Assembly: GCF_049840635.1 (NCBI RefSeq)
Contig: NZ_JASGKL010000004.1
Span: 380,605 to 444,604 of the forward strand
Length of the DNA stretch: 64,000 bases
Direction of reading: 5' to 3'
Source of the DNA: Propionicimonas sp.
GTDB taxonomy: Bacteria; Actinomycetota; Actinomycetes; Propionibacteriales; Propionibacteriaceae
Each line of letters starts with the position of its first letter. The first letter of the stretch is position 1. Shown here one piece after another: positions 58,378 to 64,000 of the stretch. A model generated the notes under the pieces. That model did not search any database, had not been told where the DNA came from, and was given only the letters and a program-made list of their open reading frames with translations. The position numbers and the translations under genes were made by a program.

Positions 58378-58417
58378 GCTGTGGACAACCGGCCGCCGCT
58401 GTGGAGTTGTCCACAGC
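58378..58417. promoter_or_regulatory. Inverted pair of DnaA-box-like nonamers upstream of comEA
   Basis: GCTGTGGACAAC-N16-GTTGTCCACAGC, perfect 12-bp inverted repeat with an extra CTGTGGA in the spacer. Confidence 0.55.
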
Positions 58418-58466
58418 CGGCCGGACCGGGTGAGCGGTCCCGCCGATCGCTGCCGATAGTGAGGCC

Positions 58467-59348
58467 ATGAAGGTGGCTCCGGATCCGGTGATGAGCGAGG
58501 TCGTGCGGCAGCGCCTCGAACTCCTGCTCGCCGAGGTGCAGCCTCGGCACGCCCTGGACGACGACCCGTGGGAGGGGCAGTCCGGCCACGGCGGGGATCC
58601 CCCGGCCGTGACGGTCCCGCCCGGGGCGAGGGAGGGCCCGCCGGGCACGCGGGACGCCGCACCGGGCGGGCCGGGGCCGGGTGCGGGGCGTCCGGGGCAA
58701 CGGGTCCTGCGTGAGGCGGGCGGCATCCTCGCAGGGGCGGGCGAGCGTGTGGTCGCGTTCACCAGGGAGCACCTCGCCGCGGTCGCGGTGGTCCTGCTCG
58801 TGGGCTGCGGGTGGACGGCCTACACCCTCCTGCAGGCGCGCTCGACCCCGGTGGCCGTTGCTGCTGCGCCGTCGGTCGCGGTCACCCCGACGCCCACCGC
58901 GACGCCGTCGCCGAGGATCCTGGTCCACGTCATCGGTGCGGTCCGCACCCCTGGCGTCGTCGAGCTCGCCGACGGCAGCAGGGTGATGGACGCGATCGCC
59001 GCCGCCGGCGGCCTCACCGGAACGGCCGACACCGGCGACCTGAACCTCGCGGCGGTCGTCGCGGACGGCTCGCAGGTCGTGGTGGGCACGCGCTCCAAGC
59101 CGGGTGGTGAGGTTCGCGGGGCCGGCGGGGAGGGTGGTGGCGGTGACAACGGTGCGGCGAAGGTCTCGCTGAACACGGCCACCCTCGAGCAACTCGACAC
59201 CCTGCCAGGGGTGGGTCCGGTGACGGCCCAGCGGATCCTGGACTGGAGGGAGGAACACGGGCGGTTCAGCGCGGTGACCGAGTTGCAGGAGGTCGAGGGC
59301 ATCGGGCCCAAGACTTACGCGGACCTCGCCCCGAACGTTCGTGTCTAG
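58467..59348 (+). CDS. comEA: ComEA family DNA-binding protein (TM, SLBB, HhH)
   Basis: VHVIGAVRTPGVVEL, LNTATLEQLDTLPGVGPVTA, VEGIGPK. Confidence 0.92.
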   Translation: MKVAPDPVMSEVVRQRLELLLAEVQPRHALDDDPWEGQSGHGGDPPAVTVPPGAREGPPGTRDAAPGGPGPGAGRPGQRVLREAGGILAGAGERVVAFTREHLAAVAVVLLVGCGWTAYTLLQARSTPVAVAAAPSVAVTPTPTATPSPRILVHVIGAVRTPGVVELADGSRVMDAIAAAGGLTGTADTGDLNLAAVVADGSQVVVGTRSKPGGEVRGAGGEGGGGDNGAAKVSLNTATLEQLDTLPGVGPVTAQRILDWREEHGRFSAVTELQEVEGIGPKTYADLAPNVRV

Positions 59349-59361
59349 GCGACACCAGGAT

Positions 59362-61683
59362 GTGACGCGACTGAGCGAGCCGGACGCGGTGGTGACGGAT
59401 TGGCGGCCGCCGCTGCTGGCAGCGGCGGTCTGGGCCGGTGCGTGGGCCGGGACATCCGGGGACAGCGGGGTGCTCGCCGTCGCTGTCGGTCTGGGGCTGG
59501 TGACCGGGCTGGTCGGCCGCCGGCGGGGCCGATGGCTCGTGGTCGCACTCGGTCTGGCCGTGCTGGTGGTCGCGGGGCTGGCCGGTGTCAGGGCGTGGGC
59601 AGCGGCCAACGGTCCCGTCCCCTCGCTGGCGCGCGAGGGAGCGGTCGTCGAGCTCGATGCCCGGGTCGGCTCGGGACGCACCACGGACTCGGGGGTGGGC
59701 GGGCCGGTCTGGAGCTCTGACGCGACCCTGGTCGCGCTCAGCGGACGCGGCACGCAGTGGCTCTCCGGAGCCACGGTCCGGCTGTCGGCGTCGGGCGAGC
59801 TGGCGCGCTCGTGGGCGGAGGTGCCGCCGGGCTCCACCGTGCGCACGACGGCACGGCTGGGTCCCGCGACCGTGGACGAGCAGGTGAGCGCGTGGGCGCA
59901 GGCCAGGCTGCCGCCGCTGGTGGTCGCCGCCCCGGGGCCGCTCGACGCCGCCGTGACCGGGGTGCGGGCCGGCCTGCGCGCGTCCGTCGCGGAGCTCCCG
60001 CCCGCCCCGAGGGCGCTGGTGCCCGCCCTCGTGGTCGGTGACACCGAACTCCTCGACGACGACCTGCGGGCGTCCTTCCGGGTGGTCGGCCTGACCCACC
60101 TGACCGCGGTTTCGGGAGCCAACCTCACGCTGCTGCTCGCGGCGATGCTGTGGGTGGCCGCACGGCTTCGCGTCGTGGGGTGGTGGCGTCGGGGCGTCGC
60201 CGCCGCGGGGGTGGTCGGCTTCGTGCTCCTGTGCCGGGCGGAGCCGAGCGTGCTGCGGGCAGCAGCGATGGGCGTGGTCGGGCTGGCCGCACTGGGCTGG
60301 GGCGGGGGACGGCAGGGCCTGCGCTTCCTCTCCTGGGCGGTGGTCGGCCTCCTCCTCGTGGACCCGTGGCTGTGCCGTTCGGTCGGGTTCGTGCTGTCGG
60401 TGTGCGCGAGCGCAGGGATCATCCTGTGGGCGGCCCGGTGGGTCCGGCTGTGGTGGTGGGCGCCGCGCTGGCTCGCCGAGGCGGTGACCGTGCCGGTCGC
60501 CGCCCAGCTGGCCACCCAGCCGGTGGTGACGGCGATCTCAGGGCAGGTGAGCGTGGTCGGCGTGGTGGCCAACCTGGCGGCTGCGCCCCTGGTCGGGCCG
60601 GCCACGGTGCTCGGCTTCGCCGCCGCGGCGCTGTCCGTCCCCGTCCTCCCGCTGGCGCGGCTGCCGGCCTGGCTGGCCGGCGGCTTCGCGCAGGCGCTGG
60701 TCTGGATCGCGCAGGTGGGCGCCGCGCTGCCGGGGGCGGCCGTGGTGTGGCCGGTCGGACCGGTGGGCCTCGGCGTGCTCGCCGCGTGCTGCGTGGTCGC
60801 GCTGGCGGCGATGCCGCTCCTGTGGAGCAGGCCGTGGCTGGTGGCGCTGCTGGCGCTCGTCCTGGTGCTGGCGCTGCTGCGTCCGGTCGCCGTTCCGAGC
60901 TGGCCGCCGCAGGGTTGGCAGGTGGTGAGCTGTGACGTGGGCCAGGGGGACGCGTCGGTGGTGGCCGCGGGTGGCGGGTCCGCGATCGTCGTGGACGCGG
61001 GACCCGATCCGGTGCCCGTCGACCGGTGCCTGGACCAGCTCGGGATCAGCGACGTGGCGTGGTTCGTCGTCACCCACCTGCACGCCGACCACGTCGGGGG
61101 AGTGGCGGGGGTCGCTGCCGGACGCCGCGTCGACAACGTCCTGTACTCGGGGGTGACCCAGCCGGAAGGCGGCTGGCAGTTGCTGGTCGACACCCTTCCC
61201 ACCGTCCCGCGCACGGTGGCTGCCCCGGGCATGGTCGTCGCGGCGGGCGACGTCCGGCTGGAGGTGCTGGCGGAGAAGCCGTACGTCGACGGCGGGGTCG
61301 TCGGCGAGGACTCGGCCGACCAGAACGACTCCTCGATCGTGATGCGGGTCACCAGCGGCGGCCTGCGGGTCCTCCTGGGCGGCGACGTCGAGGAGGCGGG
61401 ACAGTCCCACGCCCTGGGCTCGGCCGCGGACCTGTCGGCGCAGGTGCTCCTCGTGCCGCACCATGGGTCCGCGCACCAGTCCCCGGAGTTCCTCGCCTCC
61501 GTCCACGAGGCGGTGGCGCTGGTCAGCGTGGGTGCCGGCAACGACTACGGCCACCCCGCCGCGCGCACCATTGCCACGGTCGAGGCCACCGGCGCGCGGG
61601 TGTACCGCACCGACCTGCACGGGTCGATCGCCGTCACGCTGGCCGGCGACCACCTCCAGGTCACCACCCAGCGCAGTGGATGA
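59362..61683 (+). CDS. comEC: ComEC/Rec2 DNA uptake channel with metallo-beta-lactamase domain
   Basis: LTHLTAVSGAN, PSVLRA, CDVGQGD, THLHADH, VPHHGS, YGHP, RTDLHG. Confidence 0.93.
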   Translation: MTRLSEPDAVVTDWRPPLLAAAVWAGAWAGTSGDSGVLAVAVGLGLVTGLVGRRRGRWLVVALGLAVLVVAGLAGVRAWAAANGPVPSLAREGAVVELDARVGSGRTTDSGVGGPVWSSDATLVALSGRGTQWLSGATVRLSASGELARSWAEVPPGSTVRTTARLGPATVDEQVSAWAQARLPPLVVAAPGPLDAAVTGVRAGLRASVAELPPAPRALVPALVVGDTELLDDDLRASFRVVGLTHLTAVSGANLTLLLAAMLWVAARLRVVGWWRRGVAAAGVVGFVLLCRAEPSVLRAAAMGVVGLAALGWGGGRQGLRFLSWAVVGLLLVDPWLCRSVGFVLSVCASAGIILWAARWVRLWWWAPRWLAEAVTVPVAAQLATQPVVTAISGQVSVVGVVANLAAAPLVGPATVLGFAAAALSVPVLPLARLPAWLAGGFAQALVWIAQVGAALPGAAVVWPVGPVGLGVLAACCVVALAAMPLLWSRPWLVALLALVLVLALLRPVAVPSWPPQGWQVVSCDVGQGDASVVAAGGGSAIVVDAGPDPVPVDRCLDQLGISDVAWFVVTHLHADHVGGVAGVAAGRRVDNVLYSGVTQPEGGWQLLVDTLPTVPRTVAAPGMVVAAGDVRLEVLAEKPYVDGGVVGEDSADQNDSSIVMRVTSGGLRVLLGGDVEEAGQSHALGSAADLSAQVLLVPHHGSAHQSPEFLASVHEAVALVSVGAGNDYGHPAARTIATVEATGARVYRTDLHGSIAVTLAGDHLQVTTQRSG

Positions 61684-61716
61684 GCGCGTGTCCGGGTCGA
61701 CTGGCATGCTTGCCCC

Positions 61717-62697
61717 GTGGACGATTCGAGCCCCTTCGGGCGTGCGCTGCTGGTCACGGGCCCCGAGTCCCTGCTCGCCGAGCGGGCGGTCGGCAGGTTC
61801 GTGAGGCGGGCGACCGACGAACGCCCGGACGCCGCCGTCGTCCGGGTCGCGGCGGGCGACCTCGACGCCGGTTCGCTGGCGGAAGCGGCGGGCGGCTCGC
61901 TGTTCGCTTCGTCCACCGTGCTCTCGATCGGCGACCTCGGCGAACTCGCCCCCGACCTCGCCGACCAGCTCGCCGCACTCGCGGCGGACCCCGGGCCCGA
62001 CCTCGCCCTCGTGGTCGCACACGGCGGCGGCAACAAGGGCAGGGGCGTGGTCGACCGGCTCCGCAAGGCGCGCGTCGAGGTCCAGGACTACGCCACCATC
62101 AAGCCCTGGGAACTGCCCCAGTTCGTGACCAGGGAGGCCCGCGAGCTCGACGGCAGGACCGACATCGCCGGGGCGAATGCGCTGGTCGACGCCGTGGGCA
62201 CCGACACCCGCGCGCTCGCCGCCGCGGTGCGGCAGTTGCTGGACGACTCGCCCGACCGGCTGCTCACCGAGGCGACGGTGCGCCGCTACTTCGGCGGGCG
62301 CGCGGAGGTGACGAGCTTCGCCGTCGCCGACGACGTGCTGGGCGGACGCCTCGACGGCGCGCTCGGCAAGCTCCGCTGGGCCCTGTCGACCGGCGTGGCC
62401 CCGGTCCTGATCACGAGTGCGCTGTCGAACAACCTGCGCAGCCTCGGCCGATACCTGGATGCCCGCGACGCCCGGATGCGCGACGCCGAACTGGCGCGGG
62501 TCGTCGGGGTCCCGCCGTGGAAGCTGAAGGAACTGTCCCGGCTCTCCCGGGACTGGAAGCCGCAGGCCGTCGCGCAGGCCATCCAGGTGGTGGCCGTCGC
62601 CGACGCCCAGGTGAAGGGCGCGGCCAGCGATCCGGGCTTCGCGCTCGAGCAGACCGTCCTCAAGGTGATCGGCTGCCGCGGACGCGACCGTCGCTGA
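61717..62697 (+). CDS. holA: DNA polymerase III subunit delta
   Basis: HGGGNKG, comEC-holA-rpsT synteny, ADAQVKG. Confidence 0.88.
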   Translation: MDDSSPFGRALLVTGPESLLAERAVGRFVRRATDERPDAAVVRVAAGDLDAGSLAEAAGGSLFASSTVLSIGDLGELAPDLADQLAALAADPGPDLALVVAHGGGNKGRGVVDRLRKARVEVQDYATIKPWELPQFVTREARELDGRTDIAGANALVDAVGTDTRALAAAVRQLLDDSPDRLLTEATVRRYFGGRAEVTSFAVADDVLGGRLDGALGKLRWALSTGVAPVLITSALSNNLRSLGRYLDARDARMRDAELARVVGVPPWKLKELSRLSRDWKPQAVAQAIQVVAVADAQVKGAASDPGFALEQTVLKVIGCRGRDRR

Positions 62698-62771
62698 GCC
62701 GGTTCAGGCGCGACCCGGACGCGGTCCCGGACAGGCGAGCGGGACGGGTCGTGAGGCGGCCCCGGACACGA

Positions 62772-62804
62772 CGAACGCCGCCCGGACGAGCCGGGCGGCG
62801 TTCG
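62772..62804. terminator. Hairpin between convergent holA and rpsT
   Basis: CGAACGCCGCCCGG-ACGAG-CCGGGCGGCGTTCG perfect 14-bp stem. Confidence 0.7.
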
Positions 62805-62813
62805 GGAGGAAGA

Positions 62814-63074
62814 TCAGAGCGCGGCGGCCTTGGCTGCGATCGCCGACTTGCGGTTCGCGGCCTGGTTGGCGTGGATGACGCCCTTCGACGCGGCCTTGTC
62901 CAGCGCCCGGGTCGCGGCCCTCGCCAGCTCCTGCGCCTTCTCCGTGTCGCCCTCGGCGACGGCCTCGTTGAACTTGCGGACGTGGGTACGCAGGCTGGAC
63001 TTCACGGCCTTGTTCCGCAGCCTGGCCTTCTCGTTGGTCAGGATCCGCTTCTTCTGGGACTTGATGTTCGCCAC
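62814..63074 (-). CDS. rpsT: 30S ribosomal protein S20
   Basis: [26 protein letters not shown]...[14 protein letters not shown]. Confidence 0.98.
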   Translation of the reverse strand: MANIKSQKKRILTNEKARLRNKAVKSSLRTHVRKFNEAVAEGDTEKAQELARAATRALDKAASKGVIHANQAANRKSAIAAKAAAL

Positions 63075-63293
63075 GCCTGTGACCCTCTTCGTTGGTGATG
63101 GAGCTTCTCGCGCCGCGCAGACGCGACTGCTGACTCTATCAGCGACCCCGCGGACGCCTCAAATCACACCCGCGGTCCGTGGGCGCGCGCCGTCCGCGGA
63201 CAGCCGGCCGCTCGCGGGTCCGGCCGGGCGGTGCGGAGCAGACGGGCGGCGTCCGGTATCGTGTGGAGGCCCGCCATCCGTCCAGGAAAGTGC

Positions 63294-64000
63294 ATGCCTG
63301 CTCCTGCTCCCGGCTCCACGCCGCCCGCGCTGATCCGCAACTTCTGCATCATCGCGCACATCGACCACGGCAAGTCCACCCTGGCCGACCGCATGCTGCA
63401 GCTCACCGGCGTGGTCGACGAGCGCTCGATGCGCGCGCAGTACCTCGACCGGATGGACATCGAGCGCGAGCGCGGCATCACGATCAAGTCCCAGGCCGTC
63501 CGGATGCCGTGGAACGTCGCCGGCACCGACTACGTGCTGAACATGATCGACACCCCCGGCCATGTGGACTTCACCTACGAGGTGTCCCGCTCGCTCGCCG
63601 CCTGCGAGGGCGCGATCCTGCTGATCGACGCCGCGCAGGGGATCGAGGCGCAGACACTGGCGAACCTGTACCTCGCGCTGGACGCGGACCTGCACATCGT
63701 CCCCGTCCTGAACAAGATCGACCTGCCCAGCGCCCAGCCGGAGAAGTACGCCGCGGAGATCGCGCACCTGATCGGCTGCGACCCCGCGGACGTGTTCAGG
63801 GTCTCCGCCAAGACCGGCGAGGGAGTCCGGGAACTGCTCGACCACGTCGTGGCCGACATCCCGCACCCGGTCGGCGACCCCGCCGCGCCCGCCCGCGCGC
63901 TGATCTTCGACTCCGTCTACGACACCTACCGCGGCGTGGTCACCTACGTCCGGGTCGTCGACGGCGAGCTCAGCCACCGCGAGCGCGTGCTGATGATGTC
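63294..64000 (+). CDS. lepA: Translation elongation factor 4, 3'-truncated by the window edge (absent from the ORF track because no stop lies in the window)
   Basis: [43 protein letters not shown]. Confidence 0.97.
   Translation, partial: MPAPAPGSTPPALIRNFCIIAHIDHGKSTLADRMLQLTGVVDERSMRAQYLDRMDIERERGITIKSQAVRMPWNVAGTDYVLNMIDTPGHVDFTYEVSRSLAACEGAILLIDAAQGIEAQTLANLYLALDADLHIVPVLNKIDLPSAQPEKYAAEIAHLIGCDPADVFRVSAKTGEGVRELLDHVVADIPHPVGDPAAPARALIFDSVYDTYRGVVTYVRVVDGELSHRERVLMM

Overview
High-GC actinobacterial chromosome segment. Gene content and order suggest Propionibacteriaceae or a relative (inference). The backbone is housekeeping: rne/rng (5'-partial), nadE, ogt, ada/alkA, rplU-rpmA, obgE-proB-(PQ-loop)-proA-nadD-rsfS, glgP, nrtR-nadABC, leuS, comEA-comEC-holA, rpsT and lepA (3'-partial). 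An accessory block at about 23.4-35.5 kb surrounds a tRNA-Ala(GGC). It carries an HTH-MNT/HEPN toxin-antitoxin pair, an internalin-like LRR surface protein with a two-component system, several orphan ORFs including a decayed duplicate, a membrane pseudokinase and a membrane-anchored TIR protein. Main leads: (1) several unrelated intergenic palindrome families, two sharing a nested 2+2 inverted layout with 51-bp spacing, one starting right after the stop of an AbiEi-like/nuclease-fold gene; (2) a TIR-TM-ectodomain gene beside a pseudokinase; (3) a membrane-tethered Schlafen/AlbA_2 protein; (4) DnaA-box-like sites upstream of comEA, DUF4192 and the AbiEi-like gene; (5) a Leu-leader attenuator on leuS and NrtR operators. 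alkA, obgE and leuS each carry the same ATC>ATTC +1 frameshift, most likely a sequencing artefact. All family calls come from motif recognition by eye; no database searches were run.
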